From assembly GCA_963745235.1 (NCBI GenBank), contig CAVUXE010000029.1:64001-128000 (forward strand): 64,000 bases of DNA, written 5' to 3'. The position numbers and the translations under genes are program-made. Source of the DNA: an uncultured Spirochaetota bacterium. GTDB lineage: Bacteria; Spirochaetota; Spirochaetia; SZUA-6; Fen-1364. This document shows, piece by piece, positions 41,002 through 49,514 of the stretch (positions are counted from its first letter, which is position 1; the number at the start of each line of letters is the position of its first letter). Below the pieces are notes generated by a model. That model did no database searches, was not told the origin of the DNA, and was given only the letters and a program-made list of their open reading frames with translations.

Positions 41002-42093
41002 ATGGCTCAGACGCCGCCACCGGGACGCGAGCTTGCTCCCCGGCCCCTTTCCGCGGGCATCGGGGTCGATACGCTTGTCGACGAGTTTCTTCCTCTCCTA
41101 CAACGCCGGGCGGCTGCGCGAGGCCTGCCACATCTTCGCGGACAAGATGCTGGAGCCCGACGTCACGGTGGGCCTCACCATCAGCGGCGCGCTCACCCCG
41201 ACGGGGCTGGGCTACGCCGCCTTCGTCCCCCTGGTCGAGGCCGGTTTCGTGGACTGGATCGTGTCCACGGGCGCGAACATCTACCATGACATGCACCGCT
41301 CCCTGGGCTTCTCCCTGTACGGCATCTCTCCCGGCGTGGACGACGTGGCGCTGCGCCGGGACGGCATCATCCGCATCTACGACATCGTTTTCGACGCGGA
41401 CGTGCTCTTCAAGACCGACGAGTTCATCGCCGAGGTGCTGAAGTCCGCCGAGTTCCAGAAGCGCATGTCCACCGCGGAGCTGCACTGGCGGCTGGGCCGC
41501 TACGTGCGGGAGCGGGAGAAGCTGCTGCGGCACCGCTTACCGCTCCCTGATCGGCGCCGCCTGGGAATGCGGGGTGCCCATCTACACCTCGAGCCCCGGC
41601 GACTCGAGCCTCGGCATGGGCCTTGCGTCCCTGCGCCTGCAGGGCTACGAGGTCGGCTTCGATCCCGAGCTGGACGTGAACGAGACCGCGGCCATCGTCT
41701 ACGATGCCAAGCGAATCCGGCGGAAAAAGCGGCGTGCTCATCCTCGGCGGCGGCAGCCCCAAGAACTTCGCGCTGCAGACCGAGCCGCAGATCCAGGAGA
41801 TCTACAGGCTGGCGGAAAAGGGGCACGACTACTTCATCCAGGTCACCGACGCGCGCGTGGACACCGGCGGCCTCTCCGGGGCCACCTCGCAGGAGGCGGT
41901 CACCTGGGGCAAGGTGGACCCCGACCAGCTCCCCGACACGGTGGTCTGCTACACGGACAGCACCATCGCCCTTCCCATCATGACGGCATACGCGCTCACA
42001 AAGAGAAAACCGCGCGCGCTCAAGCGCCTGTATGACAGGCGCGTCCAGATGCTCTCCCGGCTCGCATCGGACTTCAGAAATCAAGCTACGTGA
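41002..42093 (+). CDS. Deoxyhypusine synthase-like (SpeY-type homospermidine pathway) enzyme; frameshifted
   Basis: [49 protein letters not shown]. Confidence 0.87.
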
Positions 42094-42616
42094 TCGTGTC
42101 CAGATCCCTTCGGGCGTGGTCGAGAATCTCGAAGACCTTTGCCATCTGGTCCGGATTGTTGCCGCAGCGTGAGGCGGCGCGGGCGGCTGACTTCATGACG
42201 TGCATGGCCGGCCCCGCAACCCCGGCGATGTGCGGCCCCATGAACGCGTTCCAGTCCCCCCAGCCCCATCCTCCGGCGCGCTCCCACATCTCGCTCACGC
42301 CGGCCGCGTTCTTCTCCAGTTCCTGCCCGCCGGCTTCAGTGATCTGGTAGACGCGTTTGCCCTCCTGCTGAACGGATGTAACGAGTCCCTCATCTTCCAG
42401 TTGTTGGAGAGTCGGGTATACGGCACCTGCGCTGGCCCTGTATGTTCCCCCCGACTTTGCTTCCAGGGTTTTCATCAGCTCGTAGCCATGTTTCGGACCT
42501 TCCTTCAGGAGCGACAAGATGGCCAGTCGGAGCTCCCCGGGCGCAAAGAACCGCCCCCAGTGCCCCATGCCGCCCATCCATCCTCCCCAAGGTCCCCAAT
42601 GTCTATGCATTCTCAT
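42086..42616 (-). CDS. PadR-family regulator (YqjI-like)
   Basis: [25 protein letters not shown]....[14 protein letters not shown]; AGGAGG RBS. Confidence 0.9.
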   Translation of the reverse strand: MRMHRHWGPWGGWMGGMGHWGRFFAPGELRLAILSLLKEGPKHGYELMKTLEAKSGGTYRASAGAVYPTLQQLEDEGLVTSVQQEGKRVYQITEAGGQELEKNAAGVSEMWERAGGWGWGDWNAFMGPHIAGVAGPAMHVMKSAARAASRCGNNPDQMAKVFEILDHARRDLDTIT

Positions 42617-42640
42617 ACCTCCTATCAAAAGTATGACTGA

Positions 42641-42669
42641 AGTATATCTAAAGATATATCACAAGTCAA
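42641..42669 (-). promoter_or_regulatory. padR promoter TTGACT-N17-TATACT with an overlapping TATATCT-N2-AGATATA palindrome
   Basis: Near-consensus sigma70 elements; perfect 7-2-7 inverted repeat at 42643-42658. Confidence 0.75.
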
Positions 42670-42698
42670 TCCAACGATAGTGCTAGCGATAGGGTGAG

Positions 42699-43106
42699 GT
42701 GGACGAGCGAGGCCCTCGCTGCGATCCCGTTTATCCTCGCCGCGTTGCCCCCCGGCGGGTGCGCTTGGTTGCGGAGACGCTGTACGTCACGGGAGCTCGT
42801 GTCTCTGGATCCTCACCGTCAGGCGCGACCAGATCAAGATCAAGACCAACGGCTCCGGGAGCTCAGGCTTCTACAGCAAGGGCGGAAAGGAACGCACGGC
42901 CAGATTCCCTACGGAGCTGTACAAGAGAATCCTCCAGGCGTTCCCGCGGGGCACCTTGGCGGCGGCCACGAAGAGGATCAAGGCGGTCTTTATGATGCTT
43001 GGCCACAGCGACGAAGCGACCACGCTGCGGCACTATGCGCACGACGCCTTCAGTGACGGGGAGCTTTTCGGGGAGGTGAAATGCCACGGCAGGAATGCGG
43101 AGACCT
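42699..43106 (+). pseudogene. Decayed tyrosine recombinase (frameshifted, internal deletion)
   Basis: TLYVTGARVS (catalytic Arg box), KGGKER and MLGHSDEATTLRHYAH present; the HxLR segment is missing. Confidence 0.75.
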
Positions 43107-43201
43107 CGAAGCGACCACGCTGCGGCGCTATGCGCACGACGCCTTCAGTGACGGGGAGCTTTTCGGGGACGTGAAATGCCACGGCAGGAATGCGGAGACC
43201 T
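43012..43201. repeat. 95-bp tandem duplication (2 copies, 2 mismatches)
   Basis: Units at 43012-43106 and 43107-43201, both starting CGAAGCGACCACGCTGCGG. Confidence 0.9.
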
Positions 43202-43469
43202 CGCCGCGGCCCGCCACGCGCGGAGCCTGCGTCTTTCAAGGCACGCAGTCACATGGAGAGCTCCCGTCATGACTTATGCAGCTGCATCGATAACTGGCGA
43301 TGGGAAGATTTCGAGACAAACTGCATAATATGAATGTTCTGCTCCACTTTTTGGGTCAAGACAGTTGGTGGCCTTATGCCCTCAGCCGTATGCGTGAAAG
43401 TATCGGCAATTCGTGCCTCAAAGACTGGGCGACGCCAGTCACCAATGGACTACTTGCTTGAAGGTGGAC

Positions 43470-43520
43470 TTGACGTGTTTAGCGAAAGGTTGTAGCTTGT
43501 AACGTACGGTAAAGCGTACG
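43470..43520 (+). promoter_or_regulatory. yefM-yoeB promoter (TTGACG-N17-TAGCTT) with two CGTACG operator cores 12 bp apart
   Basis: CGTACG at 43503 and 43515, the same spacing as the TGTACA cores of yefM-yoeB-type operators. Confidence 0.7.
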
Positions 43521-43535
43521 GAGGAAGGCCTTTTC

Positions 43536-43778
43536 ATGAGCAGCATCAATATCACGAACGCTCGAAAGAATCTTTACAGACTGGTAGAGAAGCTTTCTGA
43601 AACTCATGAGCCAATTCACATTACTGGGAAGAGCAAGTCCGCAGTTCTGGTTGGAGAAGACGACTGGCGTTCAATTGAGGAAACTCTCTACTTGCTATCC
43701 ATCCCGGGGCTGCGGGAATCGATTCTTAAGGGAATGAAAGAACCCATTTCAAAAATGTCAACCAAGGTTGATTGGTGA
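43536..43778 (+). CDS. yefM: Phd/YefM-family antitoxin
   Basis: INITNARKNLYRLV..HEPIHITGK..AVLVGEDDWRSIEETLYL. Confidence 0.92.
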   Translation: MSSINITNARKNLYRLVEKLSETHEPIHITGKSKSAVLVGEDDWRSIEETLYLLSIPGLRESILKGMKEPISKMSTKVDW

Positions 43779-44041
43779 GCTACAAGCTTTACTTCACTCA
43801 GCAAGCACAAAGGGATGCTAAGAAGCTAAGCAGAGCAGGATTGCGGCCGCAGGCAGAGAAGCTGTTGAAACTTCTGCGTCGAAATCCTTTCGCACGCTAC
43901 CCTCCATACGAAAAGTTGCTCGGTGATCTTTCGGGCGTGTTTTCACGCCGGATCAACATACATCACAGACTTGTGTACCAAGTATTGGACGACAAGAAAG
44001 CCGTCAAGACAATCCGAATGTGGACACATTATGGAGAGTAG
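43772..44041 (+). CDS. yoeB: Txe/YoeB-family toxin
   Basis: PYEKLLGDLSG.FSRRINIHHRLVYQV...MWTHY. Confidence 0.93.
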   Translation: MVSYKLYFTQQAQRDAKKLSRAGLRPQAEKLLKLLRRNPFARYPPYEKLLGDLSGVFSRRINIHHRLVYQVLDDKKAVKTIRMWTHYGE

Positions 44042-44077
44042 ACGTCAGGTATAGGAGTTTGGTTGAAAACACGTGGA

Positions 44078-44193
44078 GCATAACAAGTCGTTGAAGCCGA
44101 CCCCTACACGGCCGGCCCGCAGTAAGGCAAAGGCTTAGTAAAAGCGGTCACGGCTGGGCTGATGCGGCGGGGCGGCTTAACTCTATGTTATGC
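44078..44193 (+). other. Integron attC recombination site 1
   Basis: R'' GCATAAC ... R' GTTATGC (complementary). L'' GTT[G]AAGCCG[A]CCCC pairs with GGGGCGGCTTAAC, leaving two extrahelical bases; 116 bp. Confidence 0.88.
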
Positions 44194-44201
44194 CGTCCTT
44201 G

Positions 44202-45499
44202 GGTCCTGTCCGAGCACATCGTTGACACTTTTGCGGGCGACGTTCTCTCCGAGAGGAGAGGCGGATGCCCTGGAGAGGAACGGTCGACGATGGACGAGAA
44301 GGCAAGTTTCATCCTCGAGTGGGAATCGGGCGAGCACACGTTCACGGCACTGTGCAAGTCCTTCGGTGTCTCGCGCGCCTTGGGCTACCGCCTGGTGCTG
44401 CGCTATCTGCTACGGGGTGTGGCGGGACTGCGGGAGCAGTCACGAGCTCCGCGCAGGGTATGGAACCGCACGGCGCCCGAGGTGGAGCGGACCATCGTGG
44501 GGCTGCGGCGCAAGTGGAAGCGCATCGGTGCGCTGAAGATCTACCAGTTGCTCAGTGAGAGGTACCACGGTCGGCGCGCGGTGCCTTCGGTGTCCACGAT
44601 CGCCTTGGTGCTCAAACGCTACGGTCTGGTCAAGAAGCGCCGCCGCGTTCGTCGCATCCGAGAGACGCACCCGATCTTCGAGGCGAAGGCTCCCAACGAG
44701 ATTTGGAGTGTGGACTTTAAGGGGGAGTTCCGCATGGGCAACATGCGCTACTGCTACCCGCTGACAATCATGGACGCGTACAGCCGCTACGTGCTGGCGG
44801 TGGTCGGGATGCACCGACCGACCTATGAAGGCACAAAGGCCGTATTTGAGGCACTTTTCAAGAAGTACGGGCTTCCCAAGCAGATCCACAGTGACAACGG
44901 GGAGCCGTTTGCCAGCGCGGTGAGCCTCTCGCGGCTGACGCGGCTGGCTGTATGGTTCATGGACCTGGGCATCCAGCCGGTCTACTCCGACCCGGCTCAC
45001 CCTGAGCAGAATGGCAGTCACGAGCGCATGCACGAGGAGCTGAAGGCTGAGGCCACCAAGCCGCCCGCCTACAGCCTGGGGCAACAGCAGCACAAGTTTG
45101 ACGCCTTTCGCTACTTCTACAACCAGCAGCGCCCCCATCAGGCGCTGGGGCAGCGCAGACCAAAGGAGTTCTACCATCGGTCTTCAAGGAGCTTGCCCCG
45201 CACGATGCGACCGTGGAAGTATCCAGCAAGGCATCAGCACCAAGTACGTGTGTCGCAACGGAGCTATTCGCTGGGGAGCCAGCAAGTGGGTCGTGGTCAG
45301 CACGACTCTGATCGAGAAGTACGTGGGGTTGGAGCAGATCGTGAAGGGCAAGTGGCGCGTGTACTACCGCGACACGCTGTTAGGCTACCTTGACGAGAGA
45401 GAGTTGCGCATCCAGGATCAACTCGGTCGGCTGCTGAGAGCAGCCAAGTAGCTGTTAGGATGTGCTGAGAAAAGTGTCAACGATGTGTTAATCAGGACA
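44202..45499 (+). mobile_element. IS481-family insertion sequence
   Basis: Terminal inverted repeats share CACATCGTTGACACTTTT; right end ...GGACA; left boundary approximate; no clear target duplication. Confidence 0.85.
44265..45451 (+). CDS. IS481-family DDE transposase (frameshifts near 44275 and 45230)
   Basis: MPW..., WSVDFKG, CYPLTIMDAYSRY, SDNGEPF, HPEQNGSHERMH, YNQQRPHQAL. Confidence 0.9.
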
Positions 45500-45576
45500 C
45501 TTATTCGGAGGCAGCCAACCGTGTACCTTTTGGGGTCGTCTTGATAGGGAGGTCTCCGGTCAGTACTAGGCTACCC

Positions 45577-45604
45577 TTGACATTGGATACACCACGTGTA
45601 TACC
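45577..45604 (+). promoter_or_regulatory. Promoter/operator of the AbrB-Doc module
   Basis: TTGACA at 45577 with a TATACC/TACCTT -10; ATACAC-N3-GTGTAT palindrome at 45587-45601. ATG follows within about 10 nt, so possibly leaderless. Confidence 0.6.
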
Positions 45605-45612
45605 TTCGGCGC

Positions 45613-45840
45613 ATGACTAAGAAGCTCATCCAGCACGGAAACAGCGCCGCCCTGGTCATCGATAAGGCTCTTATGGACCTGCTCAAAGTCCGTATGGACA
45701 CTCCCCTTGAAGTCACTACCGATGGCAAGAACATCATTATCTCCCCTCAGACCAAGGAGAATGCGGAAGCTACCTTGTTGCAGGCTCTTGAAAGAATTAA
45801 CCAGAAGCACGGATTCGTTTTATCCAAACTGGGAAAGTAA
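45613..45840 (+). CDS. AbrB/MazE-family antitoxin
   Basis: MTKKLIQHGNSAALVIDK...LEVTTDGKNIIISP. Confidence 0.9.
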   Translation: MTKKLIQHGNSAALVIDKALMDLLKVRMDTPLEVTTDGKNIIISPQTKENAEATLLQALERINQKHGFVLSKLGK

Positions 45841-45843
45841 GAC

Positions 45844-46245
45844 TTGGAACCTCGTTTTCTCACCATGAGCGAGGTTCTTATTATTCTGCAGGATCAGATC
45901 CGTAGATACGGTGGAACTTACGGACTTCGGGATCCAGCCCTGCTGAGCTCAGCCTTGGCAATGCCAAGTAGCTCATTTGAAGGGAAATACCTCCACAGGG
46001 ATTTGTTTGAGCAGGCCGCGGCTTATGCTTTTCACATTTGTCAAAATCATCCCTTCGTTGACGGAAACAAGAGAACTGCCCTTGCCTCAGCCCTTGTGTT
46101 CCTATCTCTCAACGAGATTGAACTTGATGACCCAAAAGAAGAGCTCTATGACCTGATGATGAAGGTTGCAAAGAGCAAAGCTTCTAAATCAGAGATCGCA
46201 ACCAAGTTTCGAGCTTTCAGAAGCAAGAAGAAGAGGAGTAAGTAG
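45844..46245 (+). CDS. doc: Death-on-curing (Doc/Fic) toxin
   Basis: YGGTYGLRD..LLSSAL, HPFVDGNKRT. Confidence 0.92.
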   Translation: MEPRFLTMSEVLIILQDQIRRYGGTYGLRDPALLSSALAMPSSSFEGKYLHRDLFEQAAAYAFHICQNHPFVDGNKRTALASALVFLSLNEIELDDPKEELYDLMMKVAKSKASKSEIATKFRAFRSKKKRSK

Positions 46246-46289
46246 CGATTCAAGGCTTGAACCGTCGCCGTTGATCGAAAGGGCGGACG

Positions 46290-46407
46290 GCATAGCAAGT
46301 CGTTGAAGTTGACGCCTTGAGTTACGTGAGGAAAGCGAGGCCGACGGTCCGTAAAAGCCGTTGTTGTTGGGTTGCGGTCGGCGGCGCAGCTCAACCCTAT
46401 GTTATGC
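46290..46407 (+). other. Integron attC recombination site 2
   Basis: R'' GCATAGC (one change from GCATAAC), then AAGTCGTTGAAGTTGACGCC ... GGCGCAGCTCAACCCTAT GTTATGC; 118 bp; ends nearly identical to attC1. Confidence 0.85.
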
Positions 46408-46479
46408 TGTTTCTGCGTTTGTGAAGGCGCTGTTGATAGATGGGTGACAATTGTGTACCTTTCCATTGAGGGGTGCAAG

Positions 46480-46767
46480 ATGAAGTTCGTTACCGTTCGC
46501 GATTTCCGAACGACTCCAGCTCAAATCTGGAAGGATCTCCTCGGAGAGCAGGAGATTGTCATAACCAACAATGGAAAACCTATAGCTCTGCTCACTCCTT
46601 TGAACGACACTGACATGGAAGATACTGTAACGGCGGTTCGTAGAGCGCGAGCAATTGCGGCGCTGAAGAAGATTCGCGGGTCCTCCCTCAAGAAGGGACT
46701 GTCCGAAATAACCATGGAGGAGATTGGCAAGGAGATCCAGGACTACAGAAAAAGTAAAAGGAAATGA
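46480..46767 (+). CDS. Phd/YefM-family antitoxin
   Basis: MKFVTVRDFR...EIVITNNGKPIALL. Confidence 0.88.
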   Translation: MKFVTVRDFRTTPAQIWKDLLGEQEIVITNNGKPIALLTPLNDTDMEDTVTAVRRARAIAALKKIRGSSLKKGLSEITMEEIGKEIQDYRKSKRK

Positions 46768-47186
46768 AAGTTGTCCTTGACACAAACGTGATCGTCTCTG
46801 GATTGATCAACGTTGAGGGTGCGCCCGCTCAGATCGTCAATCTACTTCTGAATGGCCGAATTGCGCTGCTCTACGATAGTCGGATTCTAAGGGAATACAT
46901 AGAGGTTCTAAACAGGAAAAAGTCTGGATTTAAGAGAAGCGCACTAGATCCGATTTTTGACTACCTAAGGAATGAAGGTGAATACGTTACGGCAGAGCCG
47001 ACGAGCAAAAGGTTTGTGGACAACAATGATACCATGTTTTATGAGGTCGCAAAGACAGCAGGTGCAAGGTGCCTTGTTACTGGAAACAAGGGTCATTTTC
47101 CGAACGAAAAAATCGTAAAAAGTCCGAAAGAGTTCATTGATTTGTATCTATCTGAAAATGAAGGTAAGAGAACAGAAACAACATAA
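46764..47186 (+). CDS. PIN-domain (VapC-like) toxin
   Basis: VVLDTNVIVSG, EY.EVL, D..FYEVA, LVTGN..HF; ATGA-coupled to the antitoxin. Confidence 0.9.
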   Translation: MKVVLDTNVIVSGLINVEGAPAQIVNLLLNGRIALLYDSRILREYIEVLNRKKSGFKRSALDPIFDYLRNEGEYVTAEPTSKRFVDNNDTMFYEVAKTAGARCLVTGNKGHFPNEKIVKSPKEFIDLYLSENEGKRTETT

Positions 47187-47247
47187 TAAGTTGATGTGGT
47201 GCCCGTCAGGCCGAGTAGGCTTTGATGGACGAGGCGGTGGGTGGCTG

Positions 47248-47424
47248 TATACTGCGAGACGGCTCGGTACCGAGCGGGAAGGAGCGCAGTAGATGGCCGT
47301 CACGGAAGGGCTTAGGTATCAGACTTTTCTTAAGAGTATTCTTCGCAAGTATGTCACTGGACACCTTGTTGAAAGACGCCGGAAGATTGGTGCACCAGAC
47401 GCGAGGCATAAGAGTGAAAACTGA
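47248..47424 (+). pseudogene. Decayed CopG/BrnA-like antitoxin fragment
   Basis: Frame not in the ORF track: ...EGAQ*MAVTEGLRYQTFLKSILRKYVTGHLVE..., resembling the EGxPYQTLIxSILHKYVxG motif; internal TAG. Confidence 0.6.
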
Positions 47425-47430
47425 GGGATA

Positions 47431-47447
47431 GAATAACGAGTCGTTGA
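47431..47447 (+). other. Truncated attC (R''/L'' half only)
   Basis: GAATAACGAGTCGTTGA versus GCATAACAAGTCGTTGA in attC1; no right half found. Confidence 0.5.
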
Positions 47448-47458
47448 TCGCCCGCCTC

Positions 47459-49001
47459 TCAGGACGAATAGCCCAGAAAAGAATCGGTACGGACCTGCCG
47501 GCGCGGGACTCCCGCCGACCACAAGAGCTTCACAATGGCGCTCACCATTCCCGGCGGACCCGAGACGAAGTATCGCCGCTCGGTGAACGCGGGGATTTCC
47601 TTCCGCACCATCTCCGCGTTTATGGGACCGCGCTGCCCGCACCAGTCCTGTCGGACCCGGGACAGGTCAGTGAGCGTGTAGACGGCCTTCAGCCCCAGTT
47701 GCCGCTTCGCCTCGTCGAAAACATCCCGGAATACGATCTCCCCCTCGACGGCGCTCGAGTACAGCAGCACGATATCGCGCCGCTCCCCGGTGTCGACGAG
47801 GTACTTGATCATGCTGCGAAACGGTGTGATCCCGATACCACCCGCAACGAAGGCAAGGGGGATGCGCGGATCCTTCGGGAGCACGAAGTCCCCGCCCAAC
47901 TCGCCGGGCAATGATGGGGTCCCCTCTTTCCATCCGCGCCATTTCCGACTTGTACCGGCTCGGCTTGTGGTTGAACCGAGCGGCAATCATCAGATCCCCC
48001 TCCGTCGGCGAGGAGGCAATGCTGAAGTACCGGCGTGTTCCCCTGCTGTCGCCTTTTGAAAGAGGGAGGGTCCACTCCATGTATTGTCCCAGCCGGTGGG
48101 TAAAGCCAGGCGGGCGGGGAAACGTGAAGGTCATGATTCCATTCCCTATCTCCCTGCGCTCCTTGAGCCTCAGGCGCAGCTTGAAGCTCGGGCTCACCGT
48201 GAAGGAAAAGAGATTGCCCGCCAGGAGCGCTTCTTCGGGAGTCAAGTTCTGGCCAAACAGGGAAAGCTGTGGCTGGTAGAGGAATGCGACGATGGCCGCA
48301 TAGAGAAGCTGAAGCCGAAAGCGCTTCGGCGACGTCATTGGCTCGGTGAACATGATGGTGGCGAAGAAGATGACAGAGGTCCGGCTCAGAACGAACAGAA
48401 GGCTCTGGACGGCGTCACCGACCGCCAGGCCCTGGATCAAGGCGAGGGCAAAGTCGAATGCCAGGAACATTGCAAGGAATGCGCCCACAAGCCGCAGCCT
48501 GCCTGTCTTGCGGGCCAGGAGGAGACCCCCGACGGCTGCAAGGGGGAGAAGCGCGATGTTTCCCACCCACCAGCTTGCCCCCGCGCCGAAGACGATGCCG
48601 GAGAAAAGCGCCCCAACGGCCGCGGGGTTGAAGAGGTGCTGCCGCCGCAGGGCAAGGATGTATTTCGAGGCAACGGCGACGCCGCCCGCAAGGGCCAGGA
48701 TTCCCGCATGCCGAGGGTCGGACAAGGCCGGCACGGGACCCATGATGAGGGCCATGATGAGCGCTGTGATGAGGGATGACTCGGGATTCGACCTGATTCG
48801 CGCTATCCGCGCAAGGAGAGCGTTTCCAAGAAGACAGGATGCAACCAGGATCCCGGTCGTGGACAGGATGGCAACGGGGCCGCCTGGCACGACACCAAAC
48901 GCGCTCAGGATGGTTGCGACGTACAGGAGCGATGCCAGGTAATACACGGTCAACCTGTACATCGTGAATCTGTTCAGAAAGCCGTCCAGGATCCTGATCA
49001 T
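47459..49001 (-). CDS. RnfD/NqrB-like membrane domain fused to an FNR-type FAD/NAD reductase (frameshift near 47910)
   Basis: SSLITAL, ASKY..RQHLFNPAA, MFTEPMTSP; then GQYMEW, RYFSIASSP, AGGIGITPF, SGPPGMV. Confidence 0.85.
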
Positions 49002-49033
49002 GGTCCGGCGTCCTCACCCGCGTTCAAACGCTC

Positions 49034-49414
49034 TCATCTGCCGGCCCTCTGCAGAGCGTCGCCAAGGGACTTCACGAAAGCCTGGCTTGTGAATGTTGCC
49101 CCGCTTACGAAGTCCACGTTGTGGCTCTGGGCGCTCACCGCCTCCTGAATGAGGTAGGGCAGGGCCACGCTGTTGATGTACCGGGATGTGCCGTTGTCGT
49201 GCGGGTACTCGAGTACCTGGACGTCAGAGAGCCTGCCTGCCCTGACCAGCGCCCGCACCCGTACGAAGCCGTAGAAGGCGTATTCCCGTCTCCCGGTGAA
49301 CTTTCCATCGGAAAGTCCATACGCGGCGTAGCGTGCCTCGCCGAAGGCGGCCGCTGTCCCGAGAGCCGCGGTAACGACAGCCGCAATGACCAGTGACCAT
49401 GCTCGATTCTTCAC
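49034..49414 (-). CDS. Exported FMN-binding (flavinylation substrate) protein
   Basis: Signal peptide; DG.FTG...YG.V; VDFVSGATFTS flavinylation motif. Confidence 0.87.
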   Translation of the reverse strand: MKNRAWSLVIAAVVTAALGTAAAFGEARYAAYGLSDGKFTGRREYAFYGFVRVRALVRAGRLSDVQVLEYPHDNGTSRYINSVALPYLIQEAVSAQSHNVDFVSGATFTSQAFVKSLGDALQRAGR

Positions 49415-49514
49415 AGGTATCCTCCCGCCAGACCGGCGTGCGTCGGCCTGACAGGGATATCTTCGACCCGGTTCCTGAAGACGAGATGAAGAGGGGAGCG
49501 GATAACAGAAAGTT

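Noticed and set aside
42699-43106. Calling the recombinase remnant a bona fide intI
   Set aside because: The IntI-specific insertion cannot be seen because that region is deleted, and box II is not IntI-like; kept only as a hypothesis.
43318-43345. dif-like site (…TGCATAA TATGAA…)
   Set aside because: The XerC-like arm is partial and the XerD arm (TTATGTTAAAT) is absent.
47222-47431. 69-aa ORF from the track as a cassette gene
   Set aside because: The overlapping frame carrying the antitoxin motif explains the region better.
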